From Octopus vulgaris (lineage: Eukaryota): a DNA stretch of 64,000 nucleotides. Both the position numbers and the translations under genes were made by a program. This document shows, one piece after another, positions 40,091 through 53,527 of this stretch. Positions within the stretch are counted from its first letter, which is position 1. Every line of letters begins with the position of its first letter. The notes beneath the pieces are model-generated. The model was not told where the DNA came from. It saw nothing but the letters and a program-made list of their open reading frames with translations, and made no database searches. The stretch lies in NCBI GenBank assembly GCA_951406725.2, contig OX597817.1, positions 47,616,001-47,680,000 on the forward strand. Direction: 5' to 3'.

Positions 40091-42456
40091 CCCCCTTAAA
40101 GATTTTCTAATACTGTAGTGTACTAGGAAACCAGTGAGAGAGTACCTTGATGAACTCCTTAACAGCATTGTTCTTAACACCTAAGATTATGCCCGAGATG
40201 GTTCTTATTTTCTACTCCTGTCTTGAACTATTGGTGTGTGGCATGAATTTATAAATTTTTGTATCAAATTTTTGTCATATATATTTTTTCATCAGATAAA
40301 GAACTTTTTTTTCTTAATCATATACATCACCTTTTTATCATCTATATAAGTTCTTTATTTATTTTTTTTCCCCCCATCTAAGATTCATCTGCTATTTCCA
40401 CTTTCTTTTATCTACCACCCATCCAGCTTAGTTCATTGGTCCATCACGCTAATGTAACTTTCATGTTTTTAATATGCAGGCATCTTTCTATAAGTCTGAC
40501 ATTCGAATGGGTTTTAATTATTCATTGAGCGTGCATCTGTGTAAAGGAATGTGTGAGTAGAGGCAGATGTAAGGGTCTGTAAGGAGAAAAGAACCAAAGC
40601 ATGAATAGAACAAGAAGACATAATTTTATAAATTTATATCTTTATGTAGATTTTAAAATATTTTTTTTCACACTGACTACATACACTTTTTTCATCAGAT
40701 GAAGACAGAAAATTTTCATTTTTTTTTTTGCTCATATGCACAAAACGAAAATCTATTATGCACCCAAACCTTTCAAATATTTTTGTGACTTTTTTTATTT
40801 AAGTAAGAAACTGTATATATTGGTCTTATTTTCTCCAAAATTCACAGCTCCCCAGAAATCAGGAATGTGAAATTCATAGAAACAGAGAAGTTTTCAGCTT
40901 AAAATATATGTGTGTGTATACACACAGGTCAGTGTGTGTAAAATTAATAAAATACAAAAAAACATATATGGTGTTTTATAGTTTATAAAACATGCACGCA
41001 TTTCATCAAATTAACTGCTAGGATTACATAATTGCTTGTTGGAACATGATATAATCTTATTAAATCACTTCTTCAGTGTTGAGTAGAAAATACAAAGAAT
41101 GGTGTTACATGCTCAATATATATCCCCATAACATAAATTATTAACACCAGTGGAGTGGCTAAACCCAGGGTACAGTATAGCAGGAAAGATACAGAGTACA
41201 GAAAGTTGTGACGACCTTTTCATATACAGTCTCTCTTTCTCTCTAACTTTTTGTGTATTTATATAAACACACACACAGATTACATGGAGTAGGCAAGTCT
41301 ATTATCATCATCATTTAATATCTGGTGTCCATGTTGGCATGGGTACAACAGTTTGGCAAGAGCTGTCAAGCTGGGGAGTTGCACCAGGTTCCATCTGATT
41401 TTGCATGGTTTCTATGGCTGAATGCCCAACCACTTTACAGAGTATACTGGGTGCTTTTACATGTATGGGTAATAATTCTGTTTCACAAACATATTGTTCT
41501 AGTTTTGACCAATGTGCAGCACCTTGGGCAAATAGCTTCAACTATCATCATCATCATCGTTTAATGTCTGTTTTCCATGCTAGCATGGGTTGGACGGTTC
41601 GACCGGGGTCTGGGAAATCAGGAGGCTGCACCAGGCTCCAGTCTGATCTGGCAGTGTTTCTACAATTGGATGCCCTTCCTAACGTTAACCACTCTATGAG
41701 TGTAGTGGGTGCTTTTTAGGTACCAGGCGAGGCTGGCAACGGCCACAATTGGTTGGTGCATTTTACATGCCACCGGCACAGAAGCCAATCTTGGTTAATC
41801 TGGGCCATGTATGTAAGATTACATAGATCAAAACTGTACCTGTTGTTGAGTAGTAGACTTAACCCTTTCGATACCAACCTGGCTGAAACCACCTCTGTTT
41901 GATGGATTCTAGCTGCACAGTAGGACTGAAGCTGAAACTATGTGGTTGAAAAGAAAGCTTCCATATAGCAACGCTTGCTTCTAAACAATAAAAACCTTTT
42001 TTAAAATTCTTTAGCCCTTCTGAAACAAACCTGCTTCAGAATGTCCCTGTTTCTATGATACAAGCTTCTTGTTTTAAAGTGATTTGAGAACATTCTAGCA
42101 GGTGTTATGATGACAATTTCTTTTTTTACTAAATTCTTCATCATTTTAAAATTTAACTGCAACAGGGGCCACAAAAGGGCTATTTCTGAAATTTACAAAA
42201 GGGCAGATTTCTGAAATTTACCATATTTTAACATGTATAAGGAACCTGTTTTTTGTCAAAAATTATGTTTAAAAAATGTGGGGGTTTCTTAAACATGGAT
42301 AGTATTATAATCCCTTACAAAACCTTTTTGCTAAATATTAAGCCCCAAAAAATTAGGGGTTTCCTTATACACGAGGGTTCCTTATGCATGATAGAATATG
42401 GTACGTCTTACAAAATGGAGTGGTGGAATGAATGAAGTTAATCTTTAAGAACTTAC

Positions 42457-42504
42457 CAACTGGTCCATTCCATGGAATACTTGAAAGACTCAAAGCTGCA
42501 GAAG
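42457..42504 (-). CDS. PNPT1: PNPT1 internal exon, 48 bp
   Basis: attcaattttacag|CTTCTGCAGCTTTGAGTCTTTCAAGTATTCCATGGAATGGACCAGTTG|gtaagt translates as (A)SAALSLSSIPWNGPV(G), against human ASVALSLSDIPWNGPVG (recalled). Confidence 0.95.
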
Positions 42505-42682
42505 CTGTAAAATTGAATGAAAATTTTTTTTAAAATCAACTAGCAGAGGTACCTGGTAAAAAAATTACCGTTAATAAAATGTTTGTTGATAGCCCTGAAA
42601 CATTTTTCATCAAGTTTCGGCATTTTTCAAAAAATTCAAATTTATATTAATGGGTAGGACCAATTTGATGAAAAAACGAGCA

Positions 42683-43058
42683 GGTGCAGGAGTGGCTGTG
42701 TGGTAAGTAGCTTGCTTACCAACCACATGTTTCCAAGTTCATTCTAACAGCTTGGCACCTTGGGCAAGTGTCTTCTACTATAGCCTTGGGATTTGGTAGA
42801 CGGAAACTGAAGGAAGCCCATCGTATATATGTGTATATATATATATGTGTGTATATGTTTGTGTGTTTGTCCCCCCCAACATCGCTTGACAACTGATGGT
42901 GGTGTGTTTACATCCACGTAACTTAGCGGTTCAGCAAAAGAGACCGATAGAATAAGTACTAGGCTTACAAAGAATAAGTCCTGGGGTCGATTTGCTCAAC
43001 TAAAGGCGGTGCTCCAACATGGCCGCAGTCAAATAACTGAAACAAGTAAAATAGTAAA
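42683..43058 (+). mobile_element. Abundant tRNA-derived SINE (representative copy)
   Basis: Head ggagtggctgtgtggtaag, core ggcaccttgggcaagtgtcttc, internal (TA/TG)n, tail gactgaaacaagtaaaa. Many copies, e.g. about 14054-14465, 20755-21070, 21730-22130, 38696-39075, 49960-50355, 57003-57392, 59145-59540. Confidence 0.8.
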
Positions 43059-43932
43059 GAGAGAGAGAGAGCCTGGTAGTGTACCCATGTTGTTTTCATT
43101 TTTGTGCATGTGCGTAAAAGGGCAAAATTTTAAGCTTTGGGGCAGATTTTGTCAAATTGATGTCATGATGGCTAGTGCGCAAAATGCCTAAATTTTGCTT
43201 GAAATGGTCTTACCTAATCAAAACCTGAAATTCTGGGGAATTAAAACAGCGAATTGAAATAAGTTTTAGCAAATCAAAACAATTCGTATTGAAATGAAGA
43301 ATGAGCAAATGCTAAATAATTTAATAAACTGTCTGTTTATACACATGAAACATTTTTTGTGGAATTGGTGTCAAGATGGCTAGTGCGAAAAATGCCAAAA
43401 TTTTACAATTTTTGAAAAATCAATGGTGATTAAAAATCGATTTTTTTAAAATTCAAATTGCATAAGTGACCACATGGGCATAAGCCCCACACATGTGTCA
43501 AGTTTCGTCAACGTCTGTTGGATAGTCTCGGAGGAATTAAAGTAACAAATTCACAAGCACACAAACTTGCCATTTATTTTTATAGATTAACATTAGCGAT
43601 AATTCCAGATTTCAAACAGACAAAAATGGATTTTTTTTCATTTCTTGATAAATCCTTTTCAGATGGATTCTAAACAACAGCTTAATATACACCATCATCA
43701 TCATCATTCAGTTTTTATATTCTTTTACTCTTTTATTTGTTTCAGTCATTTGACTGTGGCCATGCTGGAGCACCACCTTTAGTCAAGCAAATCGACCCCA
43801 GGATATATTCTTTGTAAGCCTAGTACTTATTCTATTGGTCTCTTTTGCCGAACCACTAATTGACGGGGACGTAAACACACCAGCATCAGTTGCCAAGCAA
43901 TGTTGGGGGGACAAACACAGACATACAAACAT

Positions 43933-43966
<34 letters not shown>

Positions 43967-44531
43967 GATAGGCTTCTTTCAGTTTCCGTCTACCAAATCC
44001 ACACACAAGGCTTTGATCAGCCTGAGTTATTTCAATTTTTGAAGAAAAACAGTTTTAAAAAGTCATAGAGGTTTAAAGTTTGATCATTTCTACCCAATCA
44101 GGAAACAGGATATGGAAGCTGTCATTTTGTGCATGACAGCATGTGTTAATTATAAACAAATCAAATGACAATTATAAACAAATCAAATTCTGCTCTATGC
44201 ACACCATTTAACTCCTGATAACTTTTTAATTTTTGGTATTTTCAGTAAAAATTTTGCAAATATGTTTCTACATTCTACACACAGGAATTCATGCAATTGT
44301 CCAAAAGTAAAACAAAAACATTTTTTGGTGCATGATTTAAGGCCTATTTGGCTGCTATTTTTAGCACATCTCACAACCACCTTAATGAGTGGAAAATATT
44401 TGTCAACACGGGCTTTCTCGCACACAAAAGAGTTTTCATGTTTCGCTTGTTACTATGGAAACGGGCATGAATGTGTCTGTATGGGTTGGATATATTGATA
44501 TACATATACATATATATCAATAGATATACAG

Positions 44532-44760
44532 GGCGGCGAGCTGGCAGAAACGTTAGTGCATCGGGCGAAATGCTTAGCAGTATTTTGTCTGCCGTTACAT
44601 TCTGAGTTCAAATTCTGCCGAGGTCGACTTTGCCTTTCATCCTTTCGGGGTCGATAAATTAAGTACCAGTTACACACTGGGGTCGATATAATCAACTTAA
44701 TCCCTTTGTCTGTCCTTGTTTGTCCCCTCTGTGTTTAGCCCCTTGTGGGTAGTAAAGAAA
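44532..44760 (+). mobile_element. Second abundant SINE family (representative copy)
   Basis: ggcggcgagctggcagaaacgttag head and cctttcatcctttcggggtcgataaattaagtaccag core. Copies at about 3255-3475, 23750-23980, 30505-30908, 36850-37060, 60880-61062. Confidence 0.75.
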
Positions 44761-46204
44761 TATATACATATATATCAATAGAGTGGTACCACATAAAAAG
44801 CACCCAAAGTACCACATAAAAAGCACTCACTTGACAGGCACCAATGCCAGCATCATGTAATAAGCACCTGTGCTGACACCACAGAATAAAGCACTCGTGC
44901 AAGTGCAATATGAAGAGCACTCATGCCAGTGCCACATAAAAAGCACCCAGTACACTCTGTAAAGTGGTTGGCATTAGGAAGGGCACCCAGCTCTAAAAAC
45001 CCATGCCAAAACAGACGACTGGAGCTTGATGCAGCTCTCCAGCATGCCAGTTCCTGTCAAACTGTCCAACCCATGTTGTTGTTTGTTCCTTCTCGAGCCA
45101 TGCTTGGCTCATAAGGGCCGGTTTCTCGGTTTCCTTGGCGTATAGGTTCCTCACCTGGACGGGACGCCTGTCCGTTGCAGGTGAGCTGCAAGATGCAGGA
45201 GGAAAGAGTGAGAGAAAGTTATAGCGAGAGAGTCAACAGAGGTTCGCCATTATCTTCTGCCGGAGCCGCGTGGAGCTTAGGTGTTTCACTCATAAACACA
45301 CACAACGGCCAGTCTGAGATTCGAGCCCACGATTCCTCGACCGCGACTCCGTTGCTCTAACCACTAGGCCATGTGCCTCCACAAATAAATGTGCCCTTTT
45401 TAAAGCCTAGCCAGGCTCATGAGCCTGGTTTCCCGGTTTCAATGGCATGTTCCCCAGCTGGATGGGATGCCAGTCCATCACAGCGTTACTCATTTTTGCC
45501 AGCTGAGTGGACTGGAGCAACGTGAAATGAAGTGTTTTGCTCAAGAACACAACGCGTCTATATATCAATAGACTGGTATTATGGACTACCACACAGTTCT
45601 GCTTGATGGATGAACAAGAAACTGTCAACAACAAAAATGAAGTCTTCATAAGAAATGCACTGCTGCCTCCCATACGTGCAGCAGCAGCTGATTGCATCAC
45701 TTCATGCAACTGGAAAACACTATGTTCATCAGCAAATGACACATTAGGTGGGTCAGCAGGTTTTTTTCACCAGTAAATGCTGTCATTAATTTCTTAGAAT
45801 TTTTATATTTTTCTTGGTTAACCCTTTCGTTACCAACTCGGCTATGGCTCTGAGTACAAATGTCTTGCTTTCATAAGTTTTGAATTAAAATCTGCCACCA
45901 AACCTTAGTCACAATTTGTGTTCCTAACACAAATTGTGACTAAGTTATTTTACTAAATTCTTTGTTATATTTAAAATTAAATGAAAGAAACACAGAGTAT
46001 CTCAAAAGAAATTCAGTAATGAAAGGGTTAAAATATATAACAGAGAAATAATTCTTAACCCTATCGTTACCAGCCTGTCTGAAACCACCTCTGGCTCTGT
46101 AGTACAAATGTCTTGTTTTCATAAGTTTTGAATTAAAATCTGCCACCAAACCTTAGTCACAATTAATGTTCCTAACACTTGCTGAATGATAACTAAGTTA
46201 ATAC

Positions 46205-46531
46205 ACTTCTATATTTAAGAGATGAGGAATTATGTACATTATTTACATTTGCGGTACCCACAGGCATATGGCCTAGTGGTTAAGAGCAAGGGCTACTAAC
46301 CCCAAGATTCCGAGTTCAATTCCAGGCAGTGACTATAATAATAATAATAATAATAGTGGTGGTGGTGGTGGTGGTGGTGGTAATGATGATAACATTGAAA
46401 AATACCTTAGGAATGAGAACCCAGGTTTGAAATTTCCCCAAGACACATGAGGAAGGCTGGTGGGGTATATCAGCCAAAACGTGTTAACAACAAACAAGAT
46501 GAGGGCAAATATATGTCAAATGTAAATAATG
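46205..46531 (+). mobile_element. Family 1 tRNA-head/HHR element copy with an inverted 3'-end fragment at its 5' side
   Basis: Head at 46266 and a degenerate HHR at about 46442-46485. Segment 46205-46250 is the reverse complement of the element 3' end. Confidence 0.65.
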
Positions 46532-46690
46532 TTAAGTGCCAGTAAGATGCTGGTAACGATCCTGCTCAAATGGTGCTTTTTATGTGCCACCAGCATGGAA
46601 GCCAGTAAGCTACTCTGGCAACGATCACGCTCAGATGGTGCTCTTAGCGCTCCACTAGCACTGATGCCAGTCATTGAATTTGATTTCGAT

Positions 46691-47022
46691 TTCTAATCTT
46701 CATAAAAAATTTCTTTACCATGAAGAAAGGTTCCTAGAATCAGATTAATGGCAGTTATAAAAACCCTGATTTTTGGGAAATTATGCAGTTTGCCACACTG
46801 GACCTTGTCACTCATTCTGGCAATGCTATTTTGCATTATTCATCCTTCATGACCTTATGTCATACCTTTCTAAACCATTTCCTTCTTTAGAATAATTTTG
46901 AGCAACCAGATAAGAAAATTTTTCCTGTCGTCTTTCTCATAACAGATTCTTTCAAGACATGTTTTTTCTTCTTTATGATAAATACTCCAATTTTTCCTAT
47001 AACTATTATGTTATGATAAATT
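46691..47022 (+). mobile_element. Putative 5' LTR fragment of the Gypsy element
   Basis: Diverged direct repeat (about 330 bp) of 51082-51422. It abuts the RT directly, so PBS, gag and protease appear deleted. Confidence 0.6.
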
Positions 47023-48263
47023 AGACTATCTACAGAAAAATTAAAGATTGCACAGGCCAAATTTTATCACATGTTGGACCTCAGAATAATTTGTCCTTCT
47101 CGTAATAATTGGCCTACACCTTTAGTTCTGGTTGAAAAAAATAAGACTGATTGGTGTCCTTGTGGTGATTTTCACCAGCTTAATGCCAAAATACAGCCTG
47201 ATAAATATCCAGTTCCTCATATCCATGATCTTTCAGCATCATTAAATGGTTGTAATATTTTTTCAAAGATTGACTTAGAGCTTATAATCAGATTCCTGTT
47301 GAAGAGAAGGATATACCAAAAACTGTCATTACAACTCCATTTGGGCTATATGAATTCCTTTGCATGCCTTTTGGATTAATGAATGCTGCCAATACCTTTC
47401 AAAGGCTTATAGACAAAGTAACCAGAGATTTACCTTTTGTATTCAAATATATAGACGACCTTCTCATTGCCAGTCCTTTAGAAGAAGTTCATGGAAATCA
47501 TTTAAAGCATCGTAAAGTGTTTTCGGTGAACATACCATCTCTTTTTTCGGTCATCTTATTGATAAAGATGGAATCTGACATCTTCCAGACAAGGTTGAAG
47601 TTATTAACAAATTTCCAGTACCTAACTCTTTAAGAAAGCTTCGTGAGTTCGTAGGACTTATTAATTTCTATAGAAGATTTATAACTAACTGCACAGAAAG
47701 TTTATTTCCTTTAAAGGAATTGTTGAAAAATAGGAAAAATAAAAATAAAGCAGTTACTTTAGAACAGAAAGTGTTAGAAGCATTTCATTGCATTAAAAAG
47801 AAACACTTTGTGAAAAAACACTCTTAACCCACCTGGTTCCTGAAGCAAAATTATCACTGATAGTTGATGCTTCCGATATTGGAATTGGTGGAGTTTTACA
47901 AAAATTTAATTGTGGTTCTTGGCAATCTCTATCATTCTTTACAAAAAAATTCAAGGCAGCAAAGACAAAACACAGCATTTTTGGCAGAGAACTGCTGATG
48001 GTTTATTTGTCAATCAAATACTTCAGGCATCTTCTTGAAGGTAGGTTATTTCACCTTATCTACTGATCATAAACCATTGACACATGCATTTAGAAATTCT
48101 TCTGCAAAATATTCTCCAAGAGTCAGACACCTTGATTATATTTCACAGTATACTGTGGATATAAAGTATACCAAGGGTGTTAAAAATTCTTCAGCTGGTG
48201 CTCTTTCTCGCATTAATGTTCATGCATTGCATTCTTTGTGTATGACTGATTTAGAAGAAATGT
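47023..48263 (+). mobile_element. Ty3/Gypsy LTR retrotransposon pol remnant: RT and RNase H, frameshifted
   Basis: Translations across shifted frames: RLSTEKLKIAQAKFYHMLDLRIICPS..WPTPLVLVEK, PCGDFHQLN, DKYPVPHIHD, IFSKIDL, MPFGLMNAANTFQRLID, YIDDLLIAS, LIVDASDIGIGGVLQ, TDHKPLTHAF. These are Gypsy RT and RNase H motifs. Confidence 0.92.
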
Positions 48264-48876
48264 CTGCGTTGGTCAAAGCATATCTCTAAGATTGTCAGGA
48301 AGGCCGAGGGTGTCTTGGCATCACTCAGCAGGTCTTTTGTTAGCCGCTCTCCAGCCATCTATTTAAAACTGTATACAGCTATGGTACGACCACACTTGGA
48401 ATTCGCATCATCAGTTTGGAACCCCTATCTTGCACAGAACATTGACCTCCTGGAATCTGTCCAGAGACGTGCAACCAAACGCATACCCTCCATCAGACAC
48501 CTACCATATTCTGAGCGCCTTGTTTCCCTGGGCATGGATTCACTGAAGCTCCGGCGTTTGGCGACGGACTTGGTAAACACCCACAAAGTTATCAACCACT
48601 TCACCAACAACAACACTGAACACCTTTTTGATCTCCATGTGTCTAACACACGTGGACATGCCTACAAAGTCAGAAAACAATACAGCTCCCATGACTTTCG
48701 GAAACATTTTTTCACGCTCAGAGTTGCTGAAGCATGGAATAAACTGCCTGCATCAGTTGTTGACTGCCATGACACTGCATCTTTTAAGGCCCTCATGCTT
48801 TCCGAAATCCGCCGAAACTACACCTGATTATATATACACTTTAGATGAGTTGTAGTGCACCTGAGCACTGTACACA

Positions 48877-48908
<32 letters not shown>
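48264..48908 (+). mobile_element. 5'-truncated CR1/L2-clade LINE 3' end with (ATT)n tail, nested in the Gypsy pol
   Basis: Open frame LRWSKHISKIVRKAEGVLASL..LYTAMVRPHLEFASSVWNPY..LESVQRRATK..YSERL..RGHAYK..FFTLRVAEAWNKLP, stop at 48827, short 3' UTR, (ATT)n at 48877-48908. The Gypsy frame (DLEEMS / QTTDKEF) resumes on either side. Confidence 0.92.
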
Positions 48909-50590
48909 CAAACAACAGATAAGGAATTCTCTCAGTATAAAGATTCCAGTTCAACTGTTTTGAAATTCAAGTTATTGCCAATTCATTCTAGTAAATCACA
49001 TATCTGGTGTGATATTTCTACAGGATTTTCTCGACCATTTGTGCCTGAACAGCATAGAAAAGTTGTTTTATCTACCTTACAAAACTTATCACATCCTGGT
49101 ATTGCTGCATCACTGAAATTGATATCAAATCGAATTGTCTGGCCTGGAATGAATAGGAATATTCATTCTTGGGTTCAGTCTTGTATACAATGTCAAAAAG
49201 CAAAAGTGAATTGGAATATTAAAGCACCATTAGGGGCTTTTGCGAACCCTGATGCTAGATTTCAACACAGTCATATGGACATACTTGGACCATTACCTCC
49301 TGTAAAGAGTAATGGTTATTTGTTAGCATTCATTTATCGTTTTTCACATTGGCCTGAAGTTTTTCCAATCAAAGACACATCTGCAGTGACAATAACCAAA
49401 ACTATATTCAGTAATAGAATTTTATGATATGGAATTCCAAAAACCATAATGACAGATCATGGAAGACAATTTGAATCTACGCTCTTTGCAGAATTTAATA
49501 AACTGTTGGGCATTCAAAGAATTCGAACCTCTACTTATCACCCACAATCCAACGGAAAGATAGAGAGATTCCATTGTTAGTTAAAAGTAGCATTACGAAT
49601 TTATTCTGATTCTAACAGTTGGTTAGAAGCTTTACCTGTTATATTATTGGAAATCAGGAATACTATTAAGGAAAATTTGCAAATTTTCACCAGCTGAACT
49701 TTTCAACGGAACTCCTTTAACTTTGCCCGGTCAAATGTTTGAAGAAACAGTTTCTTCCGGGGAAAATATTTCAAACTATGTATAACATTAAAAGTTTTGT
49801 ATCTGCTGATATTAAATCTTGGACTCATATATATGTACGTAATGATGCCGGTCATCATTCACTGCATTATAAATAGACTGGACCTTTCAAAGTTTTGTCA
49901 GTCAAAGACAAAACTATAATTTTAGATATTCATGGAAAAAATTAAACTCTCTTTACTATTCACTCTTTCACTTGTTTCAGTCATTTGACTGTGGGCATGC
50001 TGGAGCACAGCCTTTAGTTGAGCAAATTGACCCCAGGACTTATTCTTTGTAGGCCTAGTACGTATTCTATTGGTCTCTTTTGCCAAACTGCTAAGTTACG
50101 GAGACATAGACACACCAGCATCGGTTTTCAAGCAATGTTGGGGGGACAAACACGGACACACAAACACACACACATGTATATACATATATACGACAGGCTT
50201 TTTTTCAGTTTCCCTCTACCAAATCCACTCACAAGGCTTTGGTCAGCCCAAGGCCATAGTAAAAGACACTTGTCCAAGGTGCCATGCAGTGGGACTGAGC
50301 CCAGAACCATGTGGTTGGTAAGCAAGCTACTTACCACAGAGCCACTCCTGTGCCTATATCAGTTTAGATAGAGTTAAAAAGGCTTATTTTGACCATTCTT
50401 CATTTGATTCAAGCTAAACATTTGATTCATTTACAATCAAGCTAAACATTTGAAAATAACTTTGAAAAGAACACCTCACAAGAAAATAACACAAAAAAAA
50501 AAAATCAATTATGAAACAGCATAACAACAGGAAAAAGACAAAAAGTGGCAGGATTGTACATTTTCCAAAGAGACTTTCTGAATTTGCTAA
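48909..50590 (+). mobile_element. Gypsy integrase remnant (HHCC-like and DDE regions) and pol C-terminus, interrupted by a SINE at about 49960-50355
   Basis: LSHPGIAASLKLISNRIVWPGMN..CIQCQKAK, HMDILGPLP, YGIPKTIMTDHGRQFES, TYHPQSNGKIERFH, then SGRIVHFPKRL near 50545-50580. In-frame stops are present. Confidence 0.88.
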
Positions 50591-50867
50591 ATTTTGTACT
50601 TCCTCATGGATTTTAACATTTCCTGGATTTTGTTTTTTTAAAAAAAAAAAGAGATACTTTGTAAATTTTTTTGTTTTCCCAAGAGACTAGATTGAACATT
50701 TTTGAGAAGTTGTGCTGAACATTCCATGAACACTGTACTTTTCTGTAAAGCCATATTTCATGGTTGTTTGTTGTTTTAAGTATTGAAACATTTGTATTTT
50801 TTTCCAAATTTTTAATTTACATGATTTGGTCAATTGCTTTTCCCAGTTTTTGTTGAGATTGTTTTGA

Positions 50868-50902
<35 letters not shown>

Positions 50903-50970
50903 TATTATTATTATTATTATTATTGCCCTTTTTTCAAAAACTTTAACAATTTTTCTGATGAGGGACTTGA

Positions 50971-51811
50971 TGTAATAGTTAAGATTTTAGCAGCAGCATG
51001 ACGTGATAGTCATGTTGGCTATCTTTTGTTTATAAATGTCTCAGGCTTTTTCATTGGTCAATTTTACTGCCCATACGTCAATTCTAATCTTCATGAAAAG
51101 TTTCTTTTCCATGAAGAAAGGTTCTTAGAATCAAGCTTACAGCAGTTATAAAAACCCTGGTTTTGTGGAAATTATTCAGTGAACCTTGATTTGCTGTACG
51201 GGACCTTGTCACTCATTCTGGCAATGCTATTTTGCATTGTTCATCCTTCATGACTTTATGTCATACCTTTCTAAACCATTTTTTTTTAGAGTAATTTTAA
51301 GAAACCAGATAAGAAAATTTTTCCTGTCGTCTTTCTCATGACAGATTCTTTCAAAACATGTTTTTTCTTCTTTATGATAAATACTGCAATTTTTCCTATC
51401 ATTATTATGTGGAGATAAATTAATTGTAAATATTTTGGCTTTGGTGTTAAATCCAGTCCTTCTCTTGATATTTATCTGTACAAACTCTCATTGTATTATT
51501 ACAAGGAAAATGAATTAGCTAAAGATTTATTTGTATACACCTTATGAAGTAATACTCAAGCTTTTGTCCACAAGAGAATACAGTCAACCCTGGATGAAAA
51601 AACGAAATAACATTCTTAAGATAAACATGACTTCCTAATTTCACTTTCACCTTGCTATGAAAACACATTTTCTTATCCTGTTTAAACCGTATTATAACGG
51701 TGATGTTAGTGAAATGCTGGTATCTTCAACATACATGTCGAACACCGTTACAAGTGTATATTTCTTCTGGTGTTATGTTTACGCCTCATTAATTATAGCA
51801 TTCTATCTACA
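50971..51811 (+). mobile_element. Putative 3' LTR of the Gypsy element
   Basis: Begins TGTAATAG after a purine-rich GATGAGGGA and ends CTATCTACA, giving TG...CA with an imperfect terminal inverted repeat. Its internal part 51082-51422 is repeated directly upstream of pol. Confidence 0.6.
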
Positions 51812-51861
51812 CCTCACAACTAAATGATTGATAACCAGACACAACCAGCAATATCCACACC

Positions 51862-51912
<51 letters not shown>

Positions 51913-52233
51913 TGACAGGCTTCTTTCAGTTTCCATCTACAATATCCACTCACAAGGCTTTGGTTACCCTGGGGCTTTAGAACACACTTGCCTATGGTGC
52001 TGTGGAGTGGGTCAGAACCCAAGATGACATGAAATAAGCTTCTTAACCATACAGTCATGTCTGAGCCTTTTTTAAAGAAATAAATCTATATACTATGTCG
52101 CATCCATTTCTCTGAGGTTGGAATGTTCATTCAAAGATGGATGTCCTTCCTTCCCACTGTTGTGGTGGAACTTATTTTATTAACCCTTTCGCTACCGTAT
52201 TTATTTTGAGATGCTCTGTGTTTCTTTCAATTA

Positions 52234-52666
52234 TCTTTATATATAAAAGTGAAGTTGTGTGTCTGTCTCCTACGATTTAGATTCCTAACTACTCCCACAT
52301 TTTGCAGTGCAGTTTAACCAAAACCGGGTATCTTATAGTCGTGATTCATATCGAGCCCTTCTGGGTATTAGCGCACGTCTACGATGAGTCTACGATTTAA
52401 AAAAAAATTTACCATCATTTTTTTCCATTTTAATGCATTTTTTCACTATTATATAAGGGAAGTAACTCTCTAAAAATGTCTACGATGAGTCAATGATTTA
52501 AAAAAAAATTTACCATCATTTTTCTTCCATTTTTAACGCATTTTTTGCTATTTTTTTTCCCCCATTTTTAATGCATTTTTTTGCTATTTTTTGGCTATAA
52601 CTCTCTAAAAATGCATATATGGTTATTTCCCTTACAAACCCGAGCAACGCCGGGCGATATTGCTAG
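52234..52666 (+). mobile_element. Non-autonomous Helitron nested in a piggyBac-type MITE
   Basis: 5' TC start, 3' hairpin cccgagcaacgccggg then CTAG, inserted between A and T with no TSD. Removing it restores the MITE sequence caatta|ttttaaatataac seen in the copy at 6278-6505. Confidence 0.8.
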
Positions 52667-52990
52667 TTTTAAATATAACAAAGACTTTAGTAAAATAACT
52701 TAGTTATCATTAAGCTAGTGTTAAGAACATAAATTGTGACTAAGATTTGGTGGAAGATTTTAATTGAAAACTTATGAAAAGAAAACATTTATACTAGAAC
52801 CAGAGCCGGTTTTAGCTGGGTTGGTAATGAAAGGGTTAAGTAACTATTGTTATGCTCCTGTACAGAGCACACACAGCAAACCAACAAGTGAGATTCTACT
52901 TTGTCCCTCATCATACTAGAAATAAGTCTGACATGAGACAGGTCTAGAGCTAAGTAGCAACAACAACATGGCACATAATTAAGTTGAATA

Positions 52991-53502
52991 CTGTAAATCC
53001 TCGAGTATAATCCGCATTTTTTCCCCAAAATTTAATGGTCAAAATCCTCAGTGCATACTTTATAAGAGGTTAAAAATGAAAAATACTTTCTAAGCAATGT
53101 CCGAGTCTCTATTTGCTGTCCAGAAATGTTTATTCAGATGCATTTTGTGATGTCGGGCGCGAAAATACCTTAAGCTAAGCCTGAAATCAATGAAGTCATA
53201 AAAGAATCATCCATAACTTGCAGTAAGCAACATTTATTAAACGTTATTACTGTTATTTCTTTATTTTCTGCAAACAAAATGCACAAAAAAGCTGCACGTT
53301 TGCATTATGTTATGTATACAATAATAATAAAGGACGTTACCATATACATTTTTACAAAGCAAGGACGTTATATAGACCTCCTTGACTCAAGTTAGAGAAG
53401 GGGTGCGTATTATACACAAGGTTTAGGTTTTTCAGAGGTACAGCCCACTACAAATCACCTGCGTATTATGCTCAAGGGCGAACTATACTCAAGGATTTAC
53501 GG
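52991..53502. mobile_element. Tc1/mariner-superfamily MITE with TA TSD, ending 25 bp from the PNPT1 exon donor
   Basis: TA|CTGTAAATCCTCGAGTATA...TATACTCAAGGATTTACGG|TA inverted termini. Confidence 0.7.
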
Positions 53503-53527
53503 TAATTAAAATAAAACAGAATCTTAC

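Noticed and set aside
44449-44462. RFX X-box-like GTTACTATGGAAAC (weaker match near 14935)
   Set aside because: Single short motifs deep in introns with no promoter context; expected by chance or from repeats.
50955-50970. CTGATGAG as a hammerhead core
   Set aside because: No stem II or GAAA follows; better explained as the polypurine tract before the putative LTR.
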